Notes: generated from the letters alone by a model not told the origin. A stretch of 64,000 nucleotides of DNA from Phoronis australis (GCA_002633005.1 NMRA01000437.1:278330-342329); one strand, 5' to 3'; counted from the first letter of the stretch, positions 47,332-62,054 are shown. A program made the numbers and translations.

Positions 47332-47740
47332 GACGCCTTCTATCTCCCTCAGCTATACATGATTTCGCTAAAATATCCTTAAACCAACAGCAGCTGAAAC
47401 ATATGTTTCGTGAGGTTTCGATCAACACGTCTATATCAGGAAATGTGATTCGGCAGTAGAATATTAGCGCCGCAGCGCTACCTTTCGAGTGTAAGGAAAA
47501 TAAGCTTCGTTTGATAAATGCTATTAAGATTTTTGCTAGTTGAGAACATTTCTTAAAATGCAACTTAAATGGTTAATATATTTTAAATATATTAAATATA
47601 AAATATAAAATTTTAAATATTCAACCCGCAATCATTTTGTTAAAGGAGGAACCAGTGGTGGTAGCTTGAGTATTATTCGGGTACACTTGTGAAGCAGAAT
47701 AAATTTTCAATCGAGAGAAGTTTTACGGTTTGCAAGCACA
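47332..47740. promoter_or_regulatory. Bidirectional promoter between HSPA13 and SMG9
   Basis: Divergent start codons are separated by only 409 bp, with a central AT-only tract at about 47573-47621. Confidence 0.7.
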
Positions 47741-50700
47741 ATGTCCGATTCCAGAGACAGAGATAGTAGTGGGCGTCGTAGGAGGAGACGAGGAGGGATA
47801 CGCAAGGTCATTAAATGTTGTCATTTTGTTTACTCTTCAGCCGTATCCTAAATAATCTTAAATAAAATAATAAATTGTGAACGATATAGCCTTGTGACTG
47901 TGTGAGTTGAGAGGCCTAGACAGTGACCAGCGTCCTACTGACACCGCCAGTAGGACGGTTTAGTTCCTATAAGCGATTCATACACCGTAAGATTTTCAAG
48001 GAATTATGCCTCGCACTGACTAAAACATTCAAGTCAAGTTGTTATAAATACCTTTTGTGCACAGAGGGACACCGTTAGGAGGCCGTCGATGTACTTAATT
48101 CCCTCCAACTCGAACGTATAGTCTGGTTATCAAACCTTTTCTTTGAGCATTCCCTCATTCAGTTCCCAAAATCGGTAGGCCTAGCTCACCATTTTCAGCA
48201 CTGCGCATGGCAGGTGGTATGACGTCATATCCCCTGGCGCGCACAAAGTGAAAATGCCGAGTTACCAATTTTGGGAACTGAACGATGAGCTGCTCGAAGA
48301 AAAAGTTTGATAATGGGAGTATTTGTTCGAGTTGGAAGGAATTAAATACACTTACGACTTCCTAAGGTGTTCCTCTATGTGCAAAAGGTATGTGACTATG
48401 ATGTTTTAGTCAGTGCGAGGCAAAATTTGCCGAAAAGCTTCCGGCTTATGAAGCGCCTATAAGAGCTGCACTGTCTCTAGTGACGGTGCCAGTAGAGACG
48501 ATGATCACTCTCCAGGTCTTTATCCAGGATTTCGAAAATAGGGTGTCCAAAATGGGGTTCCCAATATTCCAGGGCATCCATGATTCCGACGCATAACCCC
48601 CCCCCCCACCCCCAGCAATCCCCCCAAACACAGATTTTTTTACAAAAAATGCATAGACCAAGGTTTTTACATCTAAGTTTACAAAACAGCCTTCTGTTGT
48701 GAGCATTTTTACTAAAAAACTGTGTAGACCAAGACTTTCCAATGCTATCAACCAAGTGTGAGCATAGCAACATTGTATATACTTTGTATCACTGTGTCAC
48801 TGGTTGCACAGCCACCAACAGGCCGGCACCCTGTCCATCTGCCACTTGCAATCCTTCTCAGTGTTTTTGGGTCTTGCCTTAGTTGGGTGCGAATATGAAG
48901 TCATCTGTACTTTTGCATGGTTCAGTCAGGAATCACACCAGCAACACTCAGAACCAGAGTGTTGTGTCCAAACCATTTGGATAATAGTCAATTGCTGAAG
49001 TTGACAAGCTGTTGAGAGAGAACTTTAGCATGACACAACTAGAAGTCAAGTGATACAATTAGAACAGATTACTAGAATATAAGTAGGTAAATAAAACAAC
49101 AAGAATGGATCAACTGAAATTTTGGGATATTATAATGTTAATCTGTTTTTATTTCCAGGATCAACGAGAACCAAGAGAAGCTGATGCTGGCCCTATAAAG
49201 CCTGTTATTCTGGCCAAGCCTGGATCCTTATTTAATGTGGACAGTTCAAAGGTTTGAAGCTAAATGACAATATTACTATTAATCTTTTTAAGTTGAGTAT
49301 GAATTTGTAAATTTTCTAATTATTTGCCATTTTTTATTGTGGCACATTTCGTGGTTTTATGAATTGTTGATTAATTTGTAGTCGATTTTAATTCTGGAAG
49401 CACTATGCTACCTCTGTCTATGCTAGTCATTAGCATATCTGGCTGCATGGTCTTGCATGTCCGAATTGCTGGTCTGACTTTTGTGGTGTCTTCAATCACA
49501 GTTATGTGACATTTCATACAATCCATTGCCTGCCCATCAAGCATCAGTGTTTTGTCTTTTTTTCACAAAGTTGAGTCCAGTTACCTTTGGCAAAAGTGGT
49601 AAATCACAGATATTGCAGTGGACCAGGTTGTTCTGTATAACCTCTCTTGGGCATTCCATCAATGTCAAGGTCATCCGTACAACTGCGTGTCAACAACCCC
49701 TCCATTTATTCCACTGGTTGTTCTCTTCTCCACCAGGTGTCAGGGGATGAAGGTCAGTTACCAAGTCCCAAACAGTTTGAACGTCAGCCAGTGTTGATGG
49801 TGAAGCCAAGAGATGACACCTGCACATCACCGGCACCTCACAGTATACCTATATCTATCCTTACAGGTGATTTAAGTAGAAAGTTGCAGCAATGTTGTTT
49901 CTTAAAACATTTCAAACTATGGCTTAGCAACACTCTCAAGTCAGACATTTAGCAAAGAAACAATGTATATTCAGACAATCCAACCACCACTCCACTTTTA
50001 AAAGTGTTACAAACTAAAGTGCATCTTGTTAGAAAATCAAATTGGAAGATGAAGCAAGATAACAGCATGCTAGTCATCACGAGTAATTTGTCTTCGCATC
50101 GTCTGAGAAAAATATTCAAGGTTCATTATAGCCTTCATGTATAATTTCATGTTACATTTTTGTGAAAGATTTTCATGATGTACTGGCCAGTCAAAATATT
50201 TCACGTGTAAAACTGCACCGTACTCAGGAAGTTGTGAATAACATTTTGACAACATCATGCAGCTCTATTGAAATATTCGTCGATGCATGATGACTGTTAT
50301 TTAGTTTGTGGGGTGTAGAACTGTTGGCTTATTAGCTACCTGTCGTTTAGGAAGGGCGAGCTTGTGCAAATAGTATAACTTGTCTCAAATGTACATTTAA
50401 TTTTTGTTGGTATTTTATTGTGAACCTCTCCAATAAGCTTGGCATAAGTATAAAACATCAAATGTTCAGGGATGGTTCAAAATTATAGAGCTTTGCAAAA
50501 GCATACAATGCAATTTGGCAGACTTTCCATCCCGGAAATACTATTAATTTTCCACTTTAAGGGACATTTCTGCCACTGTCTAGTTGTCATTGGTGAATTC
50601 TTAACCAATGAAAGTGATTTTGGTTTTAAAAACGTTATAGTGCTCATTCTGTCTTGAATAGTTGCTGAATTTGCCAACAGCGCAAGTCTCGGGCAATGCG

Positions 50701-53700
50701 CACTTACGCCTCTGCAATTTTAGGCTTGGCCAACCCCAATAAACTCTGAACTGTTTTCTTGAGTCACTGATGGTTTCAGTGTTGTTGGTGGTAACTAAAG
50801 TAAGACACTGTCTCTGTGCGAGAAATCATGAGACTGATTCTATGATTTTGGTTTTGTGAAAAGCTGTGGAAAGTGCAGATTTACAGTGACTTTTATATCC
50901 AAAGGCTGATCATTTTGTTTTTAAAAAACATAATTATCTAATTTAAAATATTTTCCATATTATACCCGTGTGTTCTCAATTAAAGCACAATTTCTTTGTG
51001 AAGTCACGACCAAAATTATTTCATGTCACAGTGTTCATTTTAGTGGGTGAGCATGTGTCTCAATATGAGCCGGGGTACAGATTTGAACTAAGTGTTTGAC
51101 GTGCTCTTTTGGCCTTATCTTTCGATCTTCTATTTCTTGAACAAAATTAATGTTTCTTTATTTATTTATTTATGCTGTACTTAGGTGAAGCAGCCCCTAA
51201 CCCTGTATATCAGCTTCAAAGACACTCCTCAAGCCTGTCACCAGCCCTGGATGCTGGGGATCAGTCAAGGCTCCCTCTAGTGCCAGAGATGACCCAGTGT
51301 GTCAAGTTGATTGACGAGCAATTCCAGTGGTGTGAATCAGCTAGTGAGGTACGGTGTGTATAACTGAATGAAAAGCTTTCTGAGCATGCCATAATCATTT
51401 CCCACTAAACGAGATAACGTCAAGCACCACTGATCAGGAAAAACTTGGCAGATTGAACTAGACTGTATTTACCCACCTTGGCTGTGTTGCGCTGAACTCA
51501 CGATTTGCTCTATTCATTGAGTCACCAGTGAGGATAATTTGCTTCGCTCATGCAAATGTGATCAACTGATTACAATCTAGCCTAGATGGCAGTACTTTTT
51601 ATGGAGAATGTTTTATGTAGTTTTGACTGGAATATTTGAAAAGAGGAGCAAATATGATATTGGTACAACTTTGAATTTTTCAAATCGGCCCAGGATAAGA
51701 AATTTTACAACACAGCAACACTCACGATTATTTTCATTTGGCATGCACGAAAATACAAAAATTTTGGTCCCAAGTTAGGTAGTATAAAATAATGTAGACC
51801 TACTCGGTGTGTTATTTACATTTTGGAACACATGCATTGTAATACTTATAATACCTTTATTTTAGCTATTGCAAGCTCTAAAACGACATTTAATTTCATT
51901 GTGCTCATCCATCAAATCAGAATTTCTGATATGTGACTCACTGCGAGTGTGCATATGAATACAAAACCCAGGCTCCGTGTGAAAATTAATATTGTCGCTA
52001 CATTCCTGATGTACAGTGAACATTAAGAAACTTTAGTATGCCGTTATTATTGACGATAAAACGAATTTCAATTTTGACGGTAGTCTTCATACAGCTAACT
52101 GTCTGACTAGGTACCACTGTGTGTCCCTGAAATTTCACACAACCTCGGTAGTTCTGCTTGTCACCTCGTCATGAAGAATTATCAACATGTAGAGCCTAGT
52201 TCTAGTTGTATTACTCCCAGGTAGAGCTAAGGACCGTCGGCCTGTGCATGCAAAATCTGGGAGTTAACCGACACTCACCTTGCCCATTGCAGCCGTTTAA
52301 GTGAAAAACAATCTTACTAATAAACATCAGTTTCTTGTGTAAGTCTCCACCTTTAGTTACAAAGAAAAGTCCGTCATCGTTTCGAAAACAATTCGCTTGT
52401 GACACGCGCACACGCCATTTCTTAATTTGCGATGTCTTTTGTTAGCTGATGACAGGTTCACAGCAAAAAATTTTGTTCTAAAATTCAGTTTGCTGGTATT
52501 AAAAGACTGAAAACTTGTAATGAAATGAAACCAGTTCTGATAATTTGTTGTGACATGTACTCAGCCTCGTGGAAGAAGAACAGTTGATTGAGGAATCAGT
52601 GGAAAAAGAAATTGGCCAATAGGTGACGCAATATTTCATGGTGCCGAAAGCCAAGCAAAAGATCGCACCACAATTTTAGCAGCAGAACAACAGTAGAACG
52701 CCAATTTTGATTAGTTAAGTGCTTGTCTCAACACATTAGGTACTGTAAAAATGAGTCTGAGAAAATTTTACATAAAAATAAAATGAAATAAAAAATTAAA
52801 TTATTTTTCAAATCTTAGGAAGGTCTATTTCATTCACTTTCGGATTACTTGTCCTTGTGTGCATTCGGCTGAATGTGAAGTTTGCTAAATGACTTTTATC
52901 TGTTACACACACTTTTCGTTAGTTCTCCATAATTATGTCATTATTTTGGCCCCCAGGTGCATCGTAAAATGATATTCAGGCTTTTGTTTGTGGGACAAGT
53001 ATGGCTACCTATCGTGTTGTTTACATGTTTCTGTGCCCTGACTGGCTTGACAGACACATCAGGATTATCCACTGCCATTAACACTTTCAACTGCTAATTT
53101 GTTTTGTTACTTCCCAATTTTATTTATGTATTAATGCCACATTAGGTACTGTTGGACAACACAGATTTTCTGGTAGTCGGGGTCATAGGTCATCAGGGTG
53201 CTGGCAAATCTTCCATCTTGTCCTGGCTTGCAGGAAACTCACCATCAGACCCAGACAGGTAAGTTATGTGCCTGAAAGAGAATTATCACTGTACAAAATT
53301 TTTAAAATGGCATTGAGAGAAACATCAGAAATATTTGTGTTACTGTTAAAATCTGGTCAGTGTGTGTCGTTGCTTTGGTGACAATTTGCAGTTAAATGCC
53401 ACGTTTTGGATCAGAAATTTGTCACAAATCTTAATAAAAAACAGTTGAGCAAATGAGAATCTGTCATAACGGTATCATTTGTGAAGAAAATTCTGTCAGA
53501 TTTGAGGCTTGCATGAATCCTCACCAAAATTTGTTTAAGACTGGGCTGCTGGATTTATCACGATCTTTGGGTTTGAAATTTTGACTGAAATACTGCTTTT
53601 GCAGGCAGTATGTTTTTCCACCTCAAACACGAGATGTTCGGGAGACCAGCTCGCACCAGACGACTGGGATAGACATGTTCGTCACGCATGAGCGACTTGT

Positions 53701-56700
53701 CCTACTTGACAGCCAACCCCTGTTAAGCGCATCGGTGTTGGACAGGTGTATCGAGAAAAAGTACAGTGCCGAGTACAGCTCAGTGGAGAACTATGTTGAA
53801 ATGCAGGTAAGATGCGGAAGATAGTGATTTGTTTTCTCTTGGGTTATGGTGTTTATTGTATCATTGTGACATCAAATTAAATATTCCAAACTACACTTAG
53901 ATGAGTAATACTGAAGCAATGGTGGCAGTCAAACTTGACTTAAGTACCTTCAATATGTATTTCGGCTCTGGATCTATTCTCAAGTTTTTATTGAAGTCAT
54001 CGGTATGATAAGTAAAATATGAAAATGAAAATTTTGGCTATTTTGTTGAATTAGAGGACACATTACTAATACTTTATCTTGTATGCTACGTAGCAGTCTT
54101 GGATTTTTTCATTAATTTATCTAATATGCTCGAGATTTTTCTCAGATATTATCGGTGGTCACGCTTTGTTGATTGTTACTCAGAAAACTGAGAATTACTC
54201 AAGATTTTTGGTTGAGTATGTTTTGGTGTTGTCCGAAACATGAGACATTATTTTGTGCGATTAATTAAATTTGTAATTTTCGAGTAATTTATGGGCCAGT
54301 AAATTTTGATGTTTGTGGCCGAGTAAATCTTAGGGAGGTTAAATAGTTCAGCAGTGTTCTGTTAACCCATTCACACAGAATCCAATGCATTTTACTACAC
54401 TTTGGTTCAGTCCCACTTGTTAAGGTCGTAGCTCTGCACACGTGACTTTTCTAGTTGGAAGATAATTGCAGGTGATGCTGTACAGTCCTGTAAATTTTAT
54501 TTCACCGTCTGCTATTCATTGTAATCTTCTGTTCTTTCCAGTCACTTCAGCTTGCTTCTCTCCTGTTGACAGTTTGTAATGTTGTCATTGTTGTTCAAGA
54601 CTGGTTTGTCGACAGTCATTTGCTGAGGTTTGTAAAAAGTATAACTACATAACTGCGATTTATATTACAAGAATTTAACTAAATATGACAAGCCATCATT
54701 TAGTGCCTATTATGACTTACTGATTAATTAAATAAATGTCGCCAGGAAAACGAAATTTACTAAAAAACAAAAAATACTTACTTGGGAGGGGGGAACCCCT
54801 TCCCTCCACTCGGCGCTACGCGCCTCGGATTCGCGCAAATTCTAAACCCCCGCTTACTGAAAACATAAATCTGCCTCTGGAAAGCGATCTCGGAGACTTG
54901 TGAGGTGTTCATAAACCCACATGCTGTGCCGTCTCTCAAACTACTGTTTTGTTTCATGTTTTAAAGTGGCACCCTTTGTTTTTGCTTTTTAAATATGTCT
55001 AATTAGCATTAATTTTCCTATCTTAATACTGTAGACTGACCTCATTGGTTGTTTTCAATTAATTAAAACGTAAGTAGTATTTCGTGAGATTTTGAGATGG
55101 GTTCTTAAACAGTTGTGTCTTGAATGCCACATTTGTAACAGATCACCTAACTGAGAAAGGCTTGTTAGATTAGAACTTTTTGTAATGAGAACAGATTGAA
55201 AGTAGAGTGTCAGGGTAACATTACTCATTTCCAGGTTCATTAACACAGCGCAGATGTTAAAACCACCTCCACCCGGATCCAGTCACGACACGCCCTCTGG
55301 TGGTGGTGGTGAAGACACAAGTGCTGAGCACAGTGCTCATCTAGGTGAGACACCTAGTTGTTGTCACACATTAGACTCTAGCGCCTAAATATTAAGTAGG
55401 TCAATCACGCAAAGTGTTTTCTTTATTCAGCATCACAGGAGTGTTCAGTGTTCGGCAACGCTTATGTCCGAACCTGGTAATATTGTAATCAATCATGCAG
55501 TTTGATTGGAGGTCAGACTTTGGGCACTTCTTCAGGATTACATTTAGAAGTGTGTGAGTTTGTGCACATACTTTTTAAAACATTACACTGACCTCACTGA
55601 AGATTGCCAAAAGTAATAGAATGGTTAGAGAATGGAGAAGTTACCTATTGGCGACCTGTTTGTGTTTGGGGACCTAGGTTTCGGGCCCATCATGGAATCA
55701 AACATGTGTTATGTGACAATGACTAATCCGACTGAATGTTTGATCTCAGTCCCAATGTGTCCTAGAAGTTTGACCCTTTTAGAGTCAACGTAGCCCTTCC
55801 GTACGTTCAGGGTCTCTCGGAAAAACTGTCTAACATCTTCAGAGGACACCAGGTGGGCACATACCATAAACCATTGAACACTCCTATGGAGTGGTCTGGT
55901 TCACCCGGCAGATAAGTCAGACGACAACAAGAAATGCAGGGTGATCAATATGATCGAGTGTCCAGCCAAATATGTTTGGTGAGACTGCTCGGAATTTAGG
56001 AACTAAACTTAAAGAACATTTGGTAACCCTACAGCCATAGGAGAACACCGTATGGACACATCGCATAACATTGCAAACCTACTATACTGTCTAGAGAAAA
56101 TAAATATTGCAATCGTAAAATCAGAGAAGCAGTCGAAATCATGAGCTTTAAGCCAAAATTGAAGAGAGACAGTGGATATGAATTACCACATATTTACCAG
56201 AACCTCCACGCAAGTAACATCCACCAGGGGTTGTGACAAAGATTCCCGCCAGTACCACAACTAAAGGCCCATGATGCACTCGAAAGCTTGGTCTGCAAAA
56301 AATGGTTGTTGATAAGTAACTACTCTCTTCCTATACTGTGTAACGGTGCCACCTACGATTAGTCATTCTGTCATTAATATAGTTACCGGGTTATTGCCTG
56401 ACTTTCACCTAAGTCACGGAGAGAATTATCTGTTGAAGATTTAAACAGCTGCAAATAAGCAACGCAGGCACACATCGATGTTCTATTTCGTGTACTCTGG
56501 TACCCGTGGTGGATACCTACTTCTACCTCAGGTATGGGCAAATGTTCAAAATTAATGCTATAAACCATTCTTTGTTTGGCGACACCACATGGCACGAAAA
56601 GGCTATTTCACGTATCATTTCACAGGCCGGTATTTGAGTGTTTGCACTCTGTTTTCTTGTGGTATTAAACCTTTGGTAGGACTGTCTGGATTATCCAATA

Positions 56701-59700
56701 CGTTTAGGATAGCAAAAATACCTTCGAGGAAGGCTTCAAGAAGTACCTATCAGCATGTCCATAAATTGATATTTTCTAGATTCGTCTAAATAGTGTTAAC
56801 GCAACTTGTTTTTGTTACAGTATTCGTACAGAACAGGGCCCCCAGTGACATGTTTTCTTCACATGCTTATCAGCAGATGAATCAAGTCCTGTACAAGCAT
56901 TTCGAAGATTCCGCTTTAAAATATAAAGGTAATTTCACTATTCTGACATCGATGAGCACTTTGTTGGTGGGGGGGGGGGGGGNNNNNNNNNNNTAAATTT
57001 CAAAATGTCATGAAAAAAATTGTCACGGTTACGCAATTCTTCACCTATTTAACGCTCAACATGACTAAGTAGTGAAGTGTTATTTTACCAAATTTCTTTG
57101 CCTAAATGCCTATTTTAAAATTTTTAATTGATCACTAGCGTTGGTGGTTCTGTGGTAAATGTTACCTTTATTTGCACTAATATAGTCATCCTTTGGGAAA
57201 CGTCACACAAGTGTTGGTGATTATTTTTGTGCGAAATAAGTCAAGAATTACCGTGGACCACATAATTGCTCTGTCTTTATCGAACCCTGTTTTAATGGAT
57301 ACATAAAATTTCAGACAGGTTTGTCCTGTTGAGCACTTTGCAAAGTTATCAGATATAGAGGTACGATTTTTCAGCAGCCTTCCAGTTTATATATTTTATT
57401 TGCTCATTCACCAATGGAGACTCCTTCATTGTGTTTGCCCTAATTTTGTGAAAGTTTTACATCGACAAGTCTAACTCTGTCAGTAAAAGTGTTTAATTTC
57501 AGAGAGTAGAAAATCTATAGAATTTGATTTTTTTACTTTTTACCAATGTCGTTAATTGGGTGACATGACCATGTCTTTTTAATATAAATTAGCAAAAATA
57601 AAAGCTGCATTGATAGCAAAATAGTATCGATAACATGACCAAATTCGTTCCACACAAATGTTCAAGATGAAATGCCAAAAATGCTGTCACAGTACTTTTC
57701 ATAAGTGTCATTTCATTTTTGAGTTACGCAACTTCTGAATTTTTTGACAAAAATCGTAGAAGTTCTAATTTTGTTAGTCCCTTATGCAAAAGTGAAACAA
57801 TAATCAATCAATCAATCATGTTATGAATTCGATCAGCCATTTGCGAGCCATGGTGTTCTAAAGTCAGCCAAATTTGGAATTTTACTAATGTCCTAAATAA
57901 CCTTAATAATGTACATGAGCAAACATGCACGCATCGTACCCATCAAAACTGTGAAGTGCATGATTTTGCTTTGTTGAAACTTTGCACCAGGATGAGTGTA
58001 AGTGCACTCACGGACGATGTATTGAAATTTCTGGGTATTCATTCTTTCTGTTAAACATTAAATGACTTTGCAGGTGGGGTCAGTATGGCCAACAGAAACT
58101 TCTTATGCGATATGTCCGAGGCCGATGATGCCAATGGCTGTAATCTGTTCCTCATACCAGAACTAGACATGACTGAGACTTCAGGTGAGTACACAGTGGT
58201 AGAAGTTATATCTTAGCCAAGTTTTCTCGTAAGACCAAAAGAGCTGTTTTGACTACAATTTCTGTCTGGATCAGGTGTTGTGGCTAACTCAATTGCACAA
58301 AGTAATCATCTGAGTTGTCAAGTTTCTCCAGAAAGCGGTTTAGGGCTGTTCCAGTAAAATCCGTGTGGGAGGGGGGGACGGCAGTAGAAATAAAAATTCA
58401 TGGGTGGTTGTCTTAAGAAAAAAACGCAAATTATGGGTGGCCGTTCCTGTAAAAAGTGGTGCATTAAAAATGGGTGGTCTTTTTTGACCAGTCAATGTTG
58501 ATAGTTTGGTTACTCCAGCCCTCAGAACTAAAAACAAAATGCAATTGGCAAATATCCTAACTTATCCCAAAACAAAAAAGCCCATATTGCCAGTGAACAG
58601 AGTGCAACATGTTCACTAAGCCATTAATCAAGTCATGGGCAACTTGATATGAGCCAATTGTTTTTCTGCAGTCCTATTGAATTGAAAAGTTATGCAACAC
58701 TAAACTGGTGTTAACACATATGAGAAAATTGATGATTTTTTAAAAAAAGTATGAGGAGTAAGATAAACAAGTTCCAATATTCACTTGACATAGAAGTATA
58801 AAAGAGTTTGTGGAGACAGTTTGAGATTCATAGATCCTTATAATTGAAAAAATGTTCATTGAAATTATAGACACATGGTGAACAGAGACACCTGGTGGCT
58901 GCCGAAAGTATTGCTCACAGGCTACTTTAGTTTTTGACAATATTGGACAAGACGACTAGTTCTTGTCTGTCAATCATCTAAGTTCTTAACAGGTCATCCT
59001 GGTGGCAGTTTGTTTGCAAGTGTTGGATTTTATATTTTAACCTATCAAAAATAATTAAAAAATTATGGGTCATGGGTTGGAGAAATAAATGAAAAATATG
59101 GGCGGTGGGTACGAAATAAAAGTGCCTTCCCCCCCCCTCCCATACAGATTTTGCTGGAACAGCCCTTACTAGCAGAACACATTATGGTGGTTCTCTGATA
59201 TTCACTCATCAAATTAATGTAACTCCTCTCACTAGTTGGACGATTTTTTCATTGTTCGAAGTTGATGTAACGTATTTCCTTTAGACAAAGGTAAAGACAA
59301 CTTAGTCGCGTCTGCATAAGCACTGATTTGAAAGTTAGCAGAGGACAGCCATAACCAAATTGAACGTCTGAGCCAGATATTAGCTGTCTCCTACTTAGGG
59401 ATCGGGTTCAACATCTCAAGTGCTGACGCTAGCCAAGGTTAATCGTACCTGACCATAGTGAACAAAACTCAAGTCACTCGTCACAGGAGAAAACTTGGCA
59501 TTGTGGGCTGGTTGGCTCCTAAACAAGTGTTTTTTCAAGTCCCCACCAGTCAATAATAATAGATAAATTTATGCCTGGAAACAAAAAACCAAGCCACTCT
59601 ATTACCACGCTACACTGAGAAGTAGCCCTGTGGAATGTTTTGTCCCGTTAGATTCTGTGCCTGGATCTCACTGTGCATGCCCTGCTTTGGACTTCTGTGT

Positions 59701-61761
59701 TAAACAACTAGACAGTGATGAGCTGGAGAATTATAACCTGGCTGTGGACATGGTCTGGAGCTGTCCATACTGGTTGTTCATGAATCTTTTACATTTTGTG
59801 TATTTTGTCTTTGGATATTGTGGTAATTGCTGGCTTTTGTTTGATGGTGATCTGTCCTCAGTATTGCACAGGTCAAAAAGATAGCTGTCTTCTGTTTTTG
59901 TCAAAGACTGATTCCTTGTTAAAATACACAACTTTTTATCATCAAAGTTTGTTTTGTGAGAGCAAATCAGTAAAATTCATGCTTGTGGTGAAGTAATGTT
60001 TTTATCAACTTCATTTTTGTCGAGAAGTTTCTCAAAATAAAATTTCCACGTGACTACCGGCACATTGTGTTGAACTGCGTTAGTTGCACAGGAGTTGGCC
60101 AGTTAACAGTTAAAGCTTGAGAGGGACAGAAGCATCTGTGGGAAGATATCATGTTCACTTTCAAAACTTAGTATTTTATATGTTCACAGACTAATCTAAG
60201 GAAACAGAGTGCATGTTTTATTAAAATTTGACATGTGACTTCTAATTATGCTAAACACATGTGGTCTACTCGGCGATGCAGTATTTTTGTATAAGAATTT
60301 AGGAATCCTATAGTGGTATATGTCTTTCTCCACTGTGACCAATATTGTGAAATACCTGTGATTTACTCAATACTGTAAGAAGTTACTGTAGGAATCCAAT
60401 GGTGGAATATGTTTTTACCAGTTGTGTTGAGACAGTTGCCTATAGGACTACATCTTGAATAGTCATGCAAAGGGACGAGTTACAGTGGCTAGCTAAAGAG
60501 TTATTTTTGTCATTTCTGATGGCAGTTGTAACCCATTAGGGTTTCTAAAGGTTCCCAAAAATTGCGCCCTACCCACCGGTTAAGGTAGGCGACGCGGTTA
60601 GTAACGTTATAATGGCGTTAGCAGTCCTACCCTCACTAAACGATCCCTGGGCAGGCTCCCAACCCAAGATAAGGACGGTTGCATGGTACAGAACGTAGAT
60701 GATTTAGATATATTGCCTTTGTTGTTATTACACTGGTGTTAAAAATAAGTATGCATAAATACGTCTGTTTTAAATTTTATTCATTTGATTTATGATTTTA
60801 GATGCAAGATTTAGTATGTGAGCTCATTAGTGACATATTCTGTGTGCGTTGTTATGTTATTTGTTTCCAAATTCATTTTCCAGCCTTACATGTTATTGAA
60901 ATTTGATTTAGGGCGACACCTTTTGGCAGAAAATGCAACATCAGCATATGCTGGCACCTAGTGAGCATATTTAAAATTACTTCTTGATTGCTTCCCTTGT
61001 GTTCCTGGGAGACAAGACATATCTTGTATATATAAAACATTTCTATGATGTGGTGTAAATTTCTAATATACTTTAAAGATTTTTTTGTTATTCATAGATA
61101 TATTCCACCGGTGCAATCAAATGCCTGAGTTCAAAGGTCATCCCAGCTGTGAGTCAGTCTTGACATCATTCAGAAACCAAATCCTGTCGATGCCAAGAAA
61201 CTTGTTAACTCATACCATGCTTTCGGAAAAGAATTGGTAGGTTTTACGGCCAAAGTGTGGGGTTATGTGGTTTATAATCTATTAACCCTTCCTTTGATTC
61301 CTTGAGTCTAAATGATTGAACATTATATTTGTCTTCATTATCCTTTTCACTTTGCATTCAATTCATAAATTCTTTCAGGGTTTATCTACTATAAAAATGT
61401 TGCGTTATTGAAGAATCAGTAATTCATACCCAGTTCTTCCAACTTATAACATAATACTTGAATATTTGAATACGCTCATTGTTATCTTTCCAAATTATTA
61501 CAATGAATGGCTGCAATCAATCATAATACAGTGCATTTGTTTCCATATTGTGTATGGCTTGTGCAGACTAGGGTTTTCCAAAAATTTATGGGTACGATAT
61601 TTTACTGTACTGTAGCAAGTGTGTTCTTTATCATACTATTGGCAAGCTCACGTACGAGTGTTTATTCCAGGTTCCATTATACTGCAAGAACATGGGACGC
61701 TGTCAAGAAATCTCAGATGATGTCAGAATACAACAGATTACTGCCTAGCCATGCTGTGTAA
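47741..61761 (+). CDS. SMG9: Nonsense-mediated mRNA decay factor SMG9
   Basis: Exons 47741-47806, 49159-49251, 49737-49866, 51185-51348, 53146-53258, 53605-53806, 54542-54627, 55235-55344, 56821-56928, 58074-58184, 61098-61236, 61671-61761. Motifs VKLIDEQFQWC, P-loop VVGVIGHQGAGKS, QTTGIDMFVTHERLVLLDSQP, VCNVVIVVQDWF, LSEKNWFHYTARTWDAVKKS..SEYNRLL. Confidence 0.93.
47913..48517. mobile_element. About 600-bp foldback (whole-length palindromic) element in SMG9 intron 1
   Basis: tgcctcgcactgactaaaacat (48007-48028) and atgttttagtcagtgcgaggca (48401-48422) are a perfect inverted pair. Further pairing at 48158-48172/48268-48282 and between the termini 47918-47982/48447-48511. Confidence 0.85.
55436..55887. 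mobile_element. Possible old MITE with degenerate TIRs of about 45 bp
   Basis: aggagtgttcagtg...tatgtccgaacctggt vs the reverse complement of accaggtgggcacata...cattgaacactcct. Confidence 0.45.
58343..59165. mobile_element. PIF/Harbinger-type (Tourist-like) non-autonomous element in SMG9 intron 10
   Basis: TIRs gggctgttccagtaaaatccgtgtgggaggggggg / ccccccctcccatacagattttgctggaacagccc. TTA target duplication at 58340-58342 and 59166-59168. Confidence 0.8.
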
Positions 61762-62048
61762 TATACTCAAGCATAAAAATATAGACTTTCATTCCCCGCA
61801 TGTTATAAGTCAAATGTTTCTTGGCTCTTGGGAAAGCCTGCTCTAAGTTGTCGCTGTCGTCGACTCTACAATTTTTGGTTCCCTTATGGTAACAGACTGT
61901 CCCTCTCAGTGCAGCTTAGTGCAAATGAACCCAACAGCATTTTTGTGGAATCACCCCATGATAACAAGTTATCTTATTATTTAAACTATTATTGGTTTCC
62001 AATTGTTAACGGGTACTTCTTTTGTATTAGCTGGTTGTATTGAGCAAC

Positions 62049-62054
62049 AATAAA
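62049..62054 (+). terminator. Candidate SMG9 polyadenylation signal AATAAA
   Basis: About 290 bp after the stop codon, followed by T/GT-rich sequence. Confidence 0.45.

Noticed and set aside
59350-59480. Possible tRNA or tRNA-derived SINE head (gggttcaac B-box-like)
   Set aside because: No cloverleaf or clear A box could be built by eye.
60565-60700. GC-richer intronic island suggestive of a structured ncRNA
   Set aside because: No convincing C/D or H/ACA boxes or ribozyme core. An Infernal/Rfam search would be needed.
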